A stretch of DNA of 64,000 nt, taken from assembly GCA_963730185.1 (NCBI GenBank), contig CAVSQW010000006.1, positions 96,001 to 160,000 of the forward strand. Reading direction: 5' to 3'. The notes below the pieces were generated by a model. It ran no database searches. It was not told where the DNA came from and saw nothing but the letters and a program-made list of their open reading frames with translations. Position 1 is the first letter of the stretch, and each line of letters starts with the position of its first letter. Of the stretch, positions 10,279-23,259 are shown piece by piece. The stretch comes from an uncultured Gemmatimonadales bacterium (lineage in GTDB: Bacteria > Gemmatimonadota > Gemmatimonadetes > Gemmatimonadales > GWC2-71-9). Position numbers and translations under genes: made by a program.

Positions 10279-10321
10279 CCGATGCTGGCCACCCTGGTCG
10301 GGGGCCCCACCCTGGTGATCG

Positions 10322-10723
10322 TCAGGCGGATCCGGGCGGCTCCGCTCGGAAATAGCGCGTCGCCGAGGGCCGGAAGAGCAGGTAGGTGACGGGAATGAAG
10401 ATGGCCAGGTGAGTCAGGACCTCGCCCACCGAGTGCTGGACGCTCACCCCCACGTGCACCAACATCCACCCGGCAAGCAGCCAGCGAGCCCAGTTCCGAC
10501 CCCGCGCCAGCCAGACACCACCGACGATGGCCAGGGCCCGTAACCCCCAAGCGGGCCCCAAGTCGGCCCAGCCGTCGGCCCGGAGCTTCGCGAGCTGCTC
10601 GGCCGCATGGGAAGTCACCAGCGGCCAGAGATCGGTGAGCAGGCCCAGGGCGCCGGCCACGATGAAAAGCGCGGCGACCAAGGTGATGGCAAGCGGCCGA
10701 TGGCGCGAACCAAGCGGAGGCAT
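10322..10723 (-). CDS. Small integral membrane protein
   Basis: Four hydrophobic segments; RGRNWARWLL and LLFRPSATRYF pattern. Confidence 0.7.
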   Translation of the reverse strand: MPPLGSRHRPLAITLVAALFIVAGALGLLTDLWPLVTSHAAEQLAKLRADGWADLGPAWGLRALAIVGGVWLARGRNWARWLLAGWMLVHVGVSVQHSVGEVLTHLAIFIPVTYLLFRPSATRYFRAEPPGSA

Positions 10724-10732
10724 CGGCGTCCC

Positions 10733-12582
<1,850 letters not shown>

Positions 12583-12586
<4 letters not shown>

Positions 12587-13686
12587 TGGCAGGAGCTCGG
12601 CGTCTCCGGCCTCACGCCCGGCACCGGGGCGCCCACGCCGGCCGCGTAGTGTCCGACCTCGAGCACCGACTCGACCGTGAGCGTGGGAATGCAGATGGCC
12701 ACCAGGGTGCCGTTCCCGGTCGGCCTCATCCCCTCGTGATCGTGCGCTCCGCCCGACTGGAACCGGTTGCTCACCCAAACGAACCGACCGTCCGGCGAGA
12801 GCGCCAGCCCGTGCGGCTGGCTCAGGCCCGGATCCTGGATCGTCTTGATCACCTTCCAGCCCGAGGTGTCGAGGACGTCGACCTCGTTGGCGGCGAGGTT
12901 GGTCACGAAGACGAGCTTGCCGTCGTGGGAGAAGATCGACTCGAACGGCCCTCCGCCCAGGTCGACCATCTTGGTCAACGTCGGCGTGGCCGGATCGGCC
13001 AGGTCGAACACCATCAGCTGGCCGGTGGTCTGCGCCGTCACCGACAGCCACCGCGCGTCCGGTGAGACGGCCAGCTGGGTGAAGGTGTGGGGCGGCCCGT
13101 CCACGTCCACCAGCTTGATCTCGCCGTCCTTGATCCGGATGCTGGCCAGCTGGTTCGCCCCGAGGCTCGCCACGTACACGTAGTCGCCCCGGGGACTGAT
13201 GACGTTGCCGTGCGGCCGGGGGAAGAAGGTGTCGTACTCGTCGAGGAGCTTCATGTCCGACCGGCGGACCAGGGCAATCCGCTTGGGCGGGTTCACGGCG
13301 CTCATCGACTTGGCGACCATCATGAGGTCGTCGGTCGGGCTGAGCGAGATCAACCCCGGCACCTCCAGATCCACCGAGCCGACGATCTTGTCGTTCCGGT
13401 CGAACTTGAGGAGCTTGCCGGCCCCGATCAGGGTCAGGTACCAGTAGCGCCCATCGGGCTCGACCTGGACGTGGTGCGGCTTGGCGTTGGGTCCGAAGCC
13501 CATGGTCTTCAGGTCGATCGTCTTGATCACCTTGCGACCGGCCAGGTCGACCACCGACACGGTGGCATCGTCCTGGTTGGTGACGTAGAGCCTGGTCCCG
13601 ACCTTGCCCTTCTGGGCCTGGGCGCCGCCGGCCACGAGCCCGGCCAGCAGCAGGGCGCCGAGGCCGGCGCGGATCCACCTCTTCAT
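12583..13686 (-). CDS. YncE/YVTN-family beta-propeller protein
   Basis: Signal peptide; LYVTNQDDATVSVVD, FVTNLAANEVDVLD, PHGLALSPDGRFVWVSN blades. Confidence 0.88.
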
Positions 13687-13756
13687 TTCGGTCCGTTCCT
13701 TCCTGTCGATCGCGGCCCGGTCAGGGAATCGGACGCATGGTCCATCCGGCCGCGCC

Positions 13757-16483
13757 TCAGCGCTCGTCGGCCGGCCGGGTCAACACTTCGCGCACCTTGA
13801 TGAGGAGGCTGGCGGGCGTGAACGGCTTGGGGAGGAAGCTGGCCGATATGGCGATCACCCCGTGACGCCCGATGGTGTGGCCCGCGTAGCCCGAGACGAA
13901 GAGATAGCGGGCCTCGGGGAATCGGGCGGCGAATGCGTCGGCCACCCTCCCGCCGCTCGCCCCCGGCATCACCACGTCGCTCACCAGAAGATCGATCGGC
14001 TCGGCCAGCTCCGGCAGAAGCGCCAGTGCCGCCGGCCCGCCGGCCGCGGTGATGACCTCGTAACCCGCCGCCTCGAGCGCTCGCTCAGCCAGCGCCCGCA
14101 CCTCCGGATCGTCCTCCACCAGCAAGATCCGCCCGGTCCCCGTCGGCCCGGGCGCCTCGGCGGCCGGGCCGGACACGGGCGCGGCGGTCCCCTCCCCGTA
14201 GGGGAACGAGAGCACGAACGCCGAGCCCTTGCCTGGCCGACTGGCAACCCGGATCGAGCCGCCGCTCTGCTTCACGATCCCGTAGACGGTCGCCAACCCA
14301 AGCCCGGTGCCGGAGCCCGTCTCCTTGGTGGTGAAGAACGGCTCGAAGACGTGCTCCAGCATCTCCTCGGACATGCCCTCGCCGGTGTCGGTCACGGTCA
14401 GCCGGACGTACCGGCCCGGGCCGAGCAGGGGATCGATGTCGGTCCCCGCCACCAGCACCGTGGTGTTCTCGGTCCGGACCGTGAGCCGTCCCCCGCGCGG
14501 CATCGCGTCCCGGGCATTGAGGGCCAGGTTCATCACCACCTGCTCCAGCTGCGAGTGGTCGGCGACGACCGGCCAGAGATCGTCGGCCAGGTCGGTGACC
14601 AACTCGAGGTCTTCGCCCAGGAGCCGGCGCAGGAGTCGCTCCATCCCGATCACCAGCTGATTCAGCTCGAGCTGGACGGGCGCCATCGTCTGCCGCCGTC
14701 CGAAGGCGAGGAGCTGCGCCGTGAGCTCCTTGGCCCGGTTGCCGGCTTTCACGATTTCGCCGAGGTCGGCCTCCGCGTCGGCGTTGCCGGTCAGCTGGTC
14801 GCCGAGGAGCTCGGCGTAGCCGAGGATCGCGGTCAGCAGGTTGTTGAAGTCGTGCGCCACGCCGCCCGCCAGCCGCCCGATGCTCTCCAGCCGCTGCGCC
14901 CGCCAGGCTTGAGCCTCGAGCTGGCGGGCCTCGGTGACGTCCTGTCCGATGGCGATCCGGCGCCCGTCGGAGAGCTGCACCGCGGCCCACCGCATCTCGA
15001 GCAGTCGCCCGGAGCGGGTCTGCACCCGGAACTCGTGCCAGGTGCGTTCGGCCAGCCGCAGGAAGTCGCGGACCGCCTCGCGCTCGACCGGATCGGGAAA
15101 GAAGGCCGACAGGGGCCGCTCCACGGCGCGCACCTCGTCGAGGGTCCAGCCCAGGACCCGCTCGAACTCCCGGTTGATCAGCTCGACCCGCCCCGCCCGA
15201 TCGAGCACCTCCACCACCACCGGGATCTGGTCGACCACGGTCTGGAGCAGCTCCGCCTGAATCCGGAGCCTAGCCTCGGCATCGTGGCTCCGGGTTATGT
15301 CCCTCGTGATCCCCAGGAGCAGCGTGGTGCCCCGCTCCTCGTCCCGGAACGGCACCGCCACCGTCTCCAGCCATCGCGGCGTGCCCCGGGCACCCACGAT
15401 CCGGAACACCAGCTCGCCCCGCTCGCCGACCATCACCCGACGGTGCAGGTCGGCGAACCGGGGTCGGTCCTCCTCGACGATGAACCGGGCGAGATCGCCG
15501 GCCTCGGTGACGGCGTCGATCTCCAGCATGGCCAGGCCCGCCGGGTTCATCTCGACCAGCCGCCCCTTGGCGTCGACCAGCTTGACGCACTGCGGCTCGG
15601 TGTCCACGATGGTCCGGAGCCGGGCCTCACGGGCCCGAAGCGAGTCCTCCGCCTGCCGCTGGTCGGTGACGTCGGCCACCAAGGCCATCGCTCCCGTGAA
15701 CCCACCGTCGGACCCGACCAGCGGATTGGCCACCAGCCGAGCCCAGAGGTCGGTCCCGTCCTTGCGCCGGTAGCGGAAGTCGTACTGGTCGCCGAATCCG
15801 GCCCGCCGCCGGGCCAGGTTGCGGACCGCGACGGCCCGCGCCTCGTCGTCCATGAAGTCGTACATCGACGCCCGGGCCAGCTCCTCGGGCGTCACCCGAA
15901 GCATCGTGGCCATGGCCGGATTGGCGAAGATCGTCCGGCCGTCGGGGTCGATGGCCCAGATCCCCTCCTGCGCCGTCTCCACGATGCGCCGATACTGCTC
16001 GTCCTTCTCCCGGAGCGCCGCCTCGGTGCGACGCCGCTCGGTGATGTCGAGCACCAGCGCCGCCACGTGCCCAAGCCCGATTGGAACCAGCCGAGCCTCG
16101 TAATGAGCCGGTCCGCCCGGCACCTCGAGCTCGTACTCGACCATCACCACCGAGTCGCCCTGCCGGGCCGCGGCGATTCCCACCCGTAGGCGCTCGGCGA
16201 CGTCGGCCGGCAGGACCGCATCAAAGCGTCGGCCCAGAAAGCTGGCCGGCGGCAGGAACAGGGGGGCACCGTGGCCGGCCCGAAACGCCAGGATCCGGTC
16301 GTCCGGCGCAACCAAGAAGATCAGGTTGGGGAACGCGTCGAGGACCGAACCCAGCTCCCGCTCCAGCAGGCCGCTCGCTTCTACCTGAAAGAAGCGGCCA
16401 GCCAGCTGGGCCCGGAGCCGCTCGTTCTCGGCCGCCAGCGCCGCCAGCCTGACGGCTTGATCCGCCGTCGATTCGTGATCCAC
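13757..16483 (-). CDS. Cytoplasmic multi-PAS hybrid sensor histidine kinase/response regulator
   Basis: Four PAS/PAC-like repeats; H-box GGVAHDFNNLL; NARDAM, FEPFFTTK, GTGLGL; receiver LLVSDVVMP. Confidence 0.95.
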   Translation of the reverse strand: MDHESTADQAVRLAALAAENERLRAQLAGRFFQVEASGLLERELGSVLDAFPNLIFLVAPDDRILAFRAGHGAPLFLPPASFLGRRFDAVLPADVAERLRVGIAAARQGDSVVMVEYELEVPGGPAHYEARLVPIGLGHVAALVLDITERRRTEAALREKDEQYRRIVETAQEGIWAIDPDGRTIFANPAMATMLRVTPEELARASMYDFMDDEARAVAVRNLARRRAGFGDQYDFRYRRKDGTDLWARLVANPLVGSDGGFTGAMALVADVTDQRQAEDSLRAREARLRTIVDTEPQCVKLVDAKGRLVEMNPAGLAMLEIDAVTEAGDLARFIVEEDRPRFADLHRRVMVGERGELVFRIVGARGTPRWLETVAVPFRDEERGTTLLLGITRDITRSHDAEARLRIQAELLQTVVDQIPVVVEVLDRAGRVELINREFERVLGWTLDEVRAVERPLSAFFPDPVEREAVRDFLRLAERTWHEFRVQTRSGRLLEMRWAAVQLSDGRRIAIGQDVTEARQLEAQAWRAQRLESIGRLAGGVAHDFNNLLTAILGYAELLGDQLTGNADAEADLGEIVKAGNRAKELTAQLLAFGRRQTMAPVQLELNQLVIGMERLLRRLLGEDLELVTDLADDLWPVVADHSQLEQVVMNLALNARDAMPRGGRLTVRTENTTVLVAGTDIDPLLGPGRYVRLTVTDTGEGMSEEMLEHVFEPFFTTKETGSGTGLGLATVYGIVKQSGGSIRVASRPGKGSAFVLSFPYGEGTAAPVSGPAAEAPGPTGTGRILLVEDDPEVRALAERALEAAGYEVITAAGGPAALALLPELAEPIDLLVSDVVMPGASGGRVADAFAARFPEARYLFVSGYAGHTIGRHGVIAISASFLPKPFTPASLLIKVREVLTRPADER

Positions 16484-16598
16484 CCTGGGCCCTCCGGAAG
16501 GTCGGTGTACCGGCAGGTTGAATCTAGCGCCGACCCGGCGGGGACGGGCCTTCCAACCGGCCCGACACCCGGAGCCCGGGGGCGGCTAGATTGAACGG

Positions 16599-18053
16599 GT
16601 GCGACTGCTCGTGATCCTCCGGTACCTGATCCCGCTCACGCTCTCGTTCCTCCGGGACCGCAAGCGCTGGATCTGGTTCGGCCGTCCCCTGGTCCGCTCC
16701 AGCGACTTCCACCAGGTCCGGGCCGACCGGCTGCTCGGCGCCATCGCCCGACTCGGCCCCAGCTTCGTGAAGATCGGGCAGATGTTCGCCGGACGGGCCG
16801 ACCTCATTCCCGAGCCCTACGCCCAGCGCCTGACCGCGCTGACCGATCAGGTGCCGCCCGTCCCCCTGGCCGACATCCGCCGGACCATCGAGGGATCCCT
16901 GGGTCGGCCGGTCGATCAGATCTTCCAGCACTTCGACCCGACCCCACTGGCCGCCGGATCGCTCGGCCAGGTCCACCGAGCCACCCACGCGGGCCGCGAC
17001 GTGGCCGTCAAGGTGCTCCGGCCGGGCGTCCACGAGCTGGTGGCCGAGGACGTCGCGGCCGCCGGGCGAATCCTCCGAGTGCTGGTTCGCTTCGTCGACA
17101 ACCCGCACACCCGCGGATTCCAGAGCGTCGTGGACGAGTTCGCGGTCCGGGTCGGCGACGAGATGGACTTCCGGATCGAGGCCGACAACGCCCGGGCGGT
17201 CCGGGCCAACTTCGCCGGCAATCCGCGGATCCGGGTGCCGGAGATCGTCGACGAGCTGAGCACCGACCGGGTCTTGGTGCTGGAGTACGTCACCGGCATC
17301 CGGATCGACGCCATCGCCCCGGGCCAGTACGTGGGTGGGCTCGCGGCGGCCCAGGTGGTCGACCGGCTGATCGAGGTCTACATCCAGATGATGCTGATCG
17401 ACGGGTTCTTCCACGCCGATCCGCATCCCGGCAACCTCCTGGTGGGCGCCGACGGCGCGCTGGTGCTGCTCGACTTCGGGGTGGTGATCCGGGTCACCCG
17501 CGAGCGGCGGAAGACGCTCATCGATACCGTGTTCGCCGCGGTCCAGGGCAAGGCCGACGGCGTGGTCGACGGCTTCTACGGGCTGGGGATGGTGGAGCCG
17601 GGGGTCGAGCGGGAGCGAACTCGCCGGCTGGTGAACCTGTTGCTCGACCTCGGACGGACCCGGACCACGGCCAAGGACCGGGTCGAGCTCCTGACCCAGC
17701 AGATCATGGACGAGATCGCCAACTGGCCGATCGTGCTGCCCAGCGATCTGGTCTACTTCGCCCGGACCGCGGCCCTGATCGAGGGCATCGGCCTCAAGTA
17801 CGATCCCGCCTTCAACCCGATCCTCGACGCCGGGCCCGTCCTCTTCCGGATGCGGTCCAAGCTGTTGGCCGCGTTCTCGGAGATCCGGGTGCTCGACCAG
17901 CTCGACTGGCCCACCGCGATCGGCTACTTCCTCGGCAAGGCGACCGCGATCGTCCGGAAGGCGGGCGAGAGCCTGGCCGGCTACCTCGCCAGCTGGACCT
18001 CGACCACCCCGACCGACGAGATCACGAGCCGAAAATCGTTGCCAGGCGGGTGA
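16599..18053 (+). CDS. ABC1/UbiB (AarF) family atypical kinase
   Basis: LGPSFVKIGQ, AAGSLGQVH, VAVKV, FFHADPHPGN, LLDFG. Confidence 0.92.
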   Translation: MRLLVILRYLIPLTLSFLRDRKRWIWFGRPLVRSSDFHQVRADRLLGAIARLGPSFVKIGQMFAGRADLIPEPYAQRLTALTDQVPPVPLADIRRTIEGSLGRPVDQIFQHFDPTPLAAGSLGQVHRATHAGRDVAVKVLRPGVHELVAEDVAAAGRILRVLVRFVDNPHTRGFQSVVDEFAVRVGDEMDFRIEADNARAVRANFAGNPRIRVPEIVDELSTDRVLVLEYVTGIRIDAIAPGQYVGGLAAAQVVDRLIEVYIQMMLIDGFFHADPHPGNLLVGADGALVLLDFGVVIRVTRERRKTLIDTVFAAVQGKADGVVDGFYGLGMVEPGVERERTRRLVNLLLDLGRTRTTAKDRVELLTQQIMDEIANWPIVLPSDLVYFARTAALIEGIGLKYDPAFNPILDAGPVLFRMRSKLLAAFSEIRVLDQLDWPTAIGYFLGKATAIVRKAGESLAGYLASWTSTTPTDEITSRKSLPGG

Positions 18054-20617
18054 GCGCGTCCGCGAGGTCGGGCGCCTCCTCCAGCACCGGGCGCACGGGA
18101 TCGGCCCCCATCGACTCCATCCTGGCCCGCGCGGTCTTGATCGTGAAGGTGAACCGGAGCCGGTCCAGCTGGTCGTTCACTTCGTCCCAGACCAGCGGCA
18201 TCGAGACGGTGGCCCCCTCGAGCGGCCGGACGCTGAAGGGCGACACGATCAGCTGCCCGTGCCGGTTCTGGAGGTAGTCGAGGTACACCTTGTCGCCCCG
18301 CTTCGAGATATGCCGGGTGATGGTGGCGATGTCGTGGTGATCCTTGAGCACCAGCCGCGCCAGCAGCTCGCCCAGCGTCCGTGACTGCTCGTAGGTGCAC
18401 CGGCGCCCCAGCGGGATCAGGATGTGGAGGCCGGTCTTTCCCGTGGTCTTGACGTAATTGGGGAGACCGGCCTCGTCGCAGATCCGGTGCAGGGTGCGCG
18501 CCACCGTCACCACGTCGGCGAACGGAGCCTCCTTCGGGTCGAGATCGACCACGCACCAGTCCGGCAGCTCGAGCGACCCGATCCGACTCATCCAGATGTG
18601 CAGCGGAATCGTCCCCGAATTGGCGAGATAGAGCAGCGACTCCACGTCGTCAGCGACGAAGTACCGGATGTTCCGCTGCGTGTCCTCGCTCCAGATCGGC
18701 TCGGTCCGGATCCACTCCGGCGCGAACTCCGGCGCGTCCTTCTGGTAGAACGACTTGCCGTCGATCCCATCCGGGTAGCGGGTGAGCACCACCGGGCGAT
18801 TCTTGAGATAGGGGAGGATCCAGGGCCCGATTTCGCGATAGTAGTCGATCAGGTCGCCCTTGGTGTACTGCTCCTTGGGCCAGAAGATCTTCTTCAGGTT
18901 CGAGAACGCGACCGTCTTCGGGACCTCGCGCCCCTCCGGCGGGTCGGGACGGGCGGGCGCCTTGGCCTCGTCCGGCGGGTCGTCGGGCAGGAATCCCTGC
19001 CGGTCGCAGTCCTCCGGCCGCTTGTCGTCCCGGAGCCGGAGAAAGGCCGGGTGACGGAGCACGCCATCCGGGGTCCACTCCCGAAACCGCACCTCGCACA
19101 CCAGCCTCGGCTCGACCCAGGTGGTGGTCCGGGTCTCGGGAATGGCGTCGGACGGCGGTGGCTCCTGGTCCGGCGTGGCCACCGGGCCCAGACAGGGCGC
19201 CGTCGGCCTCACGTCCTTGTCGAGCGCCGCCCGCAGCTCGGTCAGCAGCCGGTCGTCGAACCCGGTCCCGGCCCGGCCGGCGTAGACCAGCTGACCGTTC
19301 ACCCGATCGGCCAGCTGCAACGCGCCGAACCCGGCCCGGCCGCCCTTCGGCTCGGTGAAGCCCACGATCACGAAGTCGCCGGTCCGGTCCGCCTTGATCT
19401 TGAGCCACTGGCCGCTCCGCCCGCCGCGGTACGGGGCGTCGGCCTTCTTGGCCACGACCCCCTCGAGCCCCAGCGAGGTCACCTGCTGGAGGAACGCCTC
19501 CCCCACCTCGTCGATGTGGTCGAGGTAACGCACCGGCCCGAGCGGCGGCAGCACCATGCGGAGCAGGCGCTTGCGCTCCACCAGGGGGAGCGGCCTGAGA
19601 TCGAAGTCCTCGAAGCCCACGAGGTCGAACGCGAAGTACGTGGCCGGTAGCTCGATCGCCGCCCGCTTGATGTCGATCGGCCGGCTGATCCGCCCCCGCC
19701 GCTGGAGCAGCGCGAAGCTCGGCTTGCCCGACGGATCCAGCACCACCACCTCGCCGTCGAGGAGCAGCCGGTCCACGGGCAGGGCCCGGACCGCCCGGGC
19801 CACCTCGGGAAAGACCTCGGTGTAGTCGTTCCCGTTCCGGGTGACCAGCCTGGCCTCGCCCTTCCGGTGCTCGGCCACCATTCGGTAGCCGTCCAGTTTG
19901 AGCTCGAAAAGCCAGCCGGGTTTGGTGAAGGCGCCGTCGCGAGTCTCGGCCAGCATCACCTCCACTGAGCCGGCCTCGAGCTGGGCCCGGGGCACGTCGA
20001 GCTTCTCGATCTCCCGGCGGAGCAGATCGGCCGGGGTCCGCCCCGCCTTCCAGTCCTCGACCGTCAGCCCCGAGAGCACCGACTCGTTGGGGAACTGGTC
20101 GCCGGGCTGCTTGACGTACTGGTCCCGCTCTTTGATCAGGAGCCAGTCGCGCTCGCTCTTCTTGATCTTCACCAGCGTCCAGCGGCCGTGGAGCTTGTAG
20201 CCCTTGAGGTCGAACAGGAGCTTGCCCTTCTCGAGCCCGGCCTTCGGGTCCTCGATCGGCACCCACTCGCCCCGGTCCCACACCACCACCGCGCCGGCGC
20301 CGTAGTTGCCCTCGGGGATCATCCCCTCGAAGTCGCCGTACTCGAGCGGATGGTCCTCGACCTTCACCGCCAGCCGCTTGTCGGCCGGGTCGTAGCGACG
20401 GGCCCTTCGGCACCGCCCACGACCGGAGCACTCCGTCCATCTCCAGTCGGAGGTCGAAATGGAGATTGCGGGCCGCGTGCATGTGGACCACGAAGAGCCC
20501 GCCCGGCTTGGCCGCCGGGGTCGCGTCGCCGCCGAAAGGCTCCGGGGTACGATCGGTGGAGCGCTTGGCGCGGTAGGCGGCGAGATGGTCGTCAGGCGGC
20601 GGCGTCTGATCGGCCAC
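18022..20617 (-). CDS. ligD: DNA ligase D (phosphoesterase-ligase-polymerase), with an apparent +1 frameshift near 20396
   Basis: PE domain [13 protein letters not shown]...SWAVPKGPS then [15 protein letters not shown] in another frame; ligase ELKLDGYR and EGVVAK; polymerase [18 protein letters not shown]. Confidence 0.93.
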
Positions 20618-20659
20618 GGCTGGAGACGGCGGGAGACGGAAAGAGACGAAGGGGGCCGA

Positions 20660-21160
20660 TCACGCGGAGCCGGCTCCCCCCTGCAGCTGCCGTTGGTACT
20701 CGGCTTCGTCGAAGTGTCCCAGCGACTCGGCGATCAGCCCATCCGATCCGATCCGCCACTCCTCGTAGCCGCTGATCCGGACCGCCCGGCCGGTTCCGCC
20801 CGGGCCGGTGTTCGTGCCGGTCAACGTCCAGTGATACCGGAACCGGTCGCCGTCCCGGGTCAGGCTGTCCATGGCCACGACCAGGTCCGGAAAAGCCGTC
20901 ATGAAGCCCTGGGCCGACGCGGTGATGGCCGTCCGCCCCTCCGCCGGCGTCCCGCCGTTGATGCGGAGCGAGCCGTTCGGAGCGTAGTACCCGGCGACGC
21001 TGGCGGCGTTCTGGCTGCACCAGGCCGCCGTGTACTCGGTTGCGAGCGCTTCGACCTTCGCGAGGTCCATCGTTCCTCCTCCGGATCCACAGGCCGTCAG
21101 GAGCGCCACCGTCGTGGCGGTGACCGGCCAGCCCCACGACCGACGCCGGGCCTCCGACAT
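20660..21160 (-). CDS. SnoaL-like/ester cyclase (NTF2 fold) lipoprotein
   Basis: Lipobox LTAC; FMTAFPDL, YHWTLTGTNTG, SLGHFD. Confidence 0.8.
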   Translation of the reverse strand: MSEARRRSWGWPVTATTVALLTACGSGGGTMDLAKVEALATEYTAAWCSQNAASVAGYYAPNGSLRINGGTPAEGRTAITASAQGFMTAFPDLVVAMDSLTRDGDRFRYHWTLTGTNTGPGGTGRAVRISGYEEWRIGSDGLIAESLGHFDEAEYQRQLQGGAGSA

Positions 21161-21326
21161 GGTGCCCTCCGTTTGGATGGGTCGGGAGAGAAGCTATCGG
21201 GCCGCCCGGTGGCGGTCCAGCGAGCGGCGCGATTTGCCCCCTCTCCTCTGGCGCCGTAGCTTCGCCCGGAGTCGCCGGAATCAGTCGATCCCATTCGTGG
21301 TAACCCCGTTCGCCTCCGAGGGCTCC

Positions 21327-22595
21327 ATGCGCCGAGTCGTGGTCGCTTTCCTCTCCGCCGCTCTCGCCGCCGGGCCGCTCGCCGGACAGGCGCTGCCGGT
21401 CGCCTCGGCCGCCGGCGTCGGTCTCGATTCCGCCCGTCTGGCCCGGATCGGCGTCGTGATGCAGGCCGCGGTCGACAGCGGCCGGACGGCCGGCGTGGTG
21501 GTGCTGATCGCCCGGCACGGCAAGCAGGCCTATGCCGGTGCCTGGGGCTGGGCCGATCGCGAGGCCAAACGCCGGATGACGACCTCGGCCCTGTTCCGGA
21601 TCGCGTCCCAGACCAAGGCCGTCACCAGCGTCGCGGCCATGGCGTTGATCGAGGACGGGCTCCTCCGCCTGGCCGATCCCGTCTCCAAGTTCCTCCCTGG
21701 ATTCGCGACCAGCCTGGTGGCCGTGAAGACCGACACCGGCGTCGCCCTGGTGCCTCGCACCCGGCCGATCACCATCCGGGACCTCTTGACCCACACAGCC
21801 GGCATCTCCTACGGCACCGATGAAACCGTGCGCGATCGCTACGCGGAGGCCGGGTTGGGGCCCAAGGCTGGTCCGTACGGTTGGTATCTGGCCGACAAGG
21901 CGGAGCCGATCTGCAAGACCATGGAGCGGCTAAGCCACCTGCCGACCGTCGCCCAACCCGGCTCCCGCTTCGTGTACGGGTACAATACCGATCTCCTGGG
22001 CTGCATCGTGGAGAAGGTTTCGGGGCAGCCGCTGGCGAGCTTCCTCCAGTCCCGGATCCTGGGACCGCTTCGGATGACCAGCACCTGGTTCTACCCGCCA
22101 CCCTCGGCCCGGGACCGGATGACCACCGTGTACGCCTGGACGCCGGACGGTCTCGTCCGGGCGGCCGACGGGCCGCCGGGTCAGGGCGACTATCTCGATG
22201 GCCCGAAGCAGGACTACGCCGGCGGGGCCGGCCTGGTGAGCACCGCCGGCGACTACGCCCGCTTCCTCCAGATGCTCGCCAACGGGGGCACCCTCGACGG
22301 GCACCGGATCCTGGGTCCGCGCACCGTCGCGCTGATGACCACGAATCAGCTCCCCGACTCGGTCTTCGGCGGCGGGAACGGCTTCGGCCTGGGCTTCCAG
22401 ATCCTGGAAGACCCGGGCCGGGCCGCGCAGTTCGGCAACCGGGGCGCGTTCGGGTGGGGCGGCGCCTACGCGACCGTGTATTGGGTGGACCCGAAGGACG
22501 ACCTGGTGGTGACCTTCATGACCCAGCTTCTGCCGGCCGGGCCCTTCGACCTGGCCGACCGGCTCCGGGCCATGGTGTACCAAGCGGTCCGATGA
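21327..22595 (+). CDS. Serine hydrolase, beta-lactamase class C-like family
   Basis: FRIASQTK (SxxK), LLTHTAG, FVYGYN, WGGAY; signal peptide. Confidence 0.9.
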   Translation: MRRVVVAFLSAALAAGPLAGQALPVASAAGVGLDSARLARIGVVMQAAVDSGRTAGVVVLIARHGKQAYAGAWGWADREAKRRMTTSALFRIASQTKAVTSVAAMALIEDGLLRLADPVSKFLPGFATSLVAVKTDTGVALVPRTRPITIRDLLTHTAGISYGTDETVRDRYAEAGLGPKAGPYGWYLADKAEPICKTMERLSHLPTVAQPGSRFVYGYNTDLLGCIVEKVSGQPLASFLQSRILGPLRMTSTWFYPPPSARDRMTTVYAWTPDGLVRAADGPPGQGDYLDGPKQDYAGGAGLVSTAGDYARFLQMLANGGTLDGHRILGPRTVALMTTNQLPDSVFGGGNGFGLGFQILEDPGRAAQFGNRGAFGWGGAYATVYWVDPKDDLVVTFMTQLLPAGPFDLADRLRAMVYQAVR

Positions 22596-22608
22596 AAGGA
22601 GGCGTTCC

Positions 22609-23193
22609 ATGGTAGCCAAGGTCTTCCTCGCACTCGGCTTCCTCTTCGTCGCCATCGTCATGCTCTTCGTCGAGCCGGGAATGGGATTCGCCGGGCCGGC
22701 CGACTTCTTCGACCCCGTGAAGGTCCTCCGCGGCGCGGCCACCGTGGTGTGGGCCGTCGAAGACGTGATCTACCTCGGCTTCGGGATCGCCCTCGTCTAC
22801 CTGGCACTGCGGTCGGACGATCGCTGGCTTCGCGCGGCGGGAATCGCGGCCGGCGTGCTGCTCGTCTTGGTCGCCAACCTGAGCCGGGTCCTCGCGCTGC
22901 TGCCGGGTTACATCGACGACCCGGTCCGGCTCGATGCCGCCGCCTCGGGACTCCTCCCGGTGCGCTTCGCCGCGCTTCGAACCGGGGTCCTCGCGCTCGG
23001 ACTCTTCGCCTGGCGCACCACTCGCGGGCCGGCCGACGGAGGCCGGGAGGCCGGACTTTGGCGGGGCTTCGGGTACCTGGTGCTCGTCGGGGCGGCGGCG
23101 TTCAACTTCGTGTTCTTCCCGGTCCCCCTGCTGTTCACCATCTGGGCGGTCTGGTACGCGATCCGTCCGGCGCGGCCACTCCAGCCCGCTTGA
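22609..23193 (+). CDS. Hypothetical membrane protein
   Basis: AGGAGG RBS upstream; several hydrophobic segments. Confidence 0.65.
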   Translation: MVAKVFLALGFLFVAIVMLFVEPGMGFAGPADFFDPVKVLRGAATVVWAVEDVIYLGFGIALVYLALRSDDRWLRAAGIAAGVLLVLVANLSRVLALLPGYIDDPVRLDAAASGLLPVRFAALRTGVLALGLFAWRTTRGPADGGREAGLWRGFGYLVLVGAAAFNFVFFPVPLLFTIWAVWYAIRPARPLQPA

Positions 23194-23259
23194 GACCCCC
23201 GAGGCAGCGAGCGACCGGCCGACCGTGACCGGTCGCGGAGCAGCGACCCCGGACCCGGT

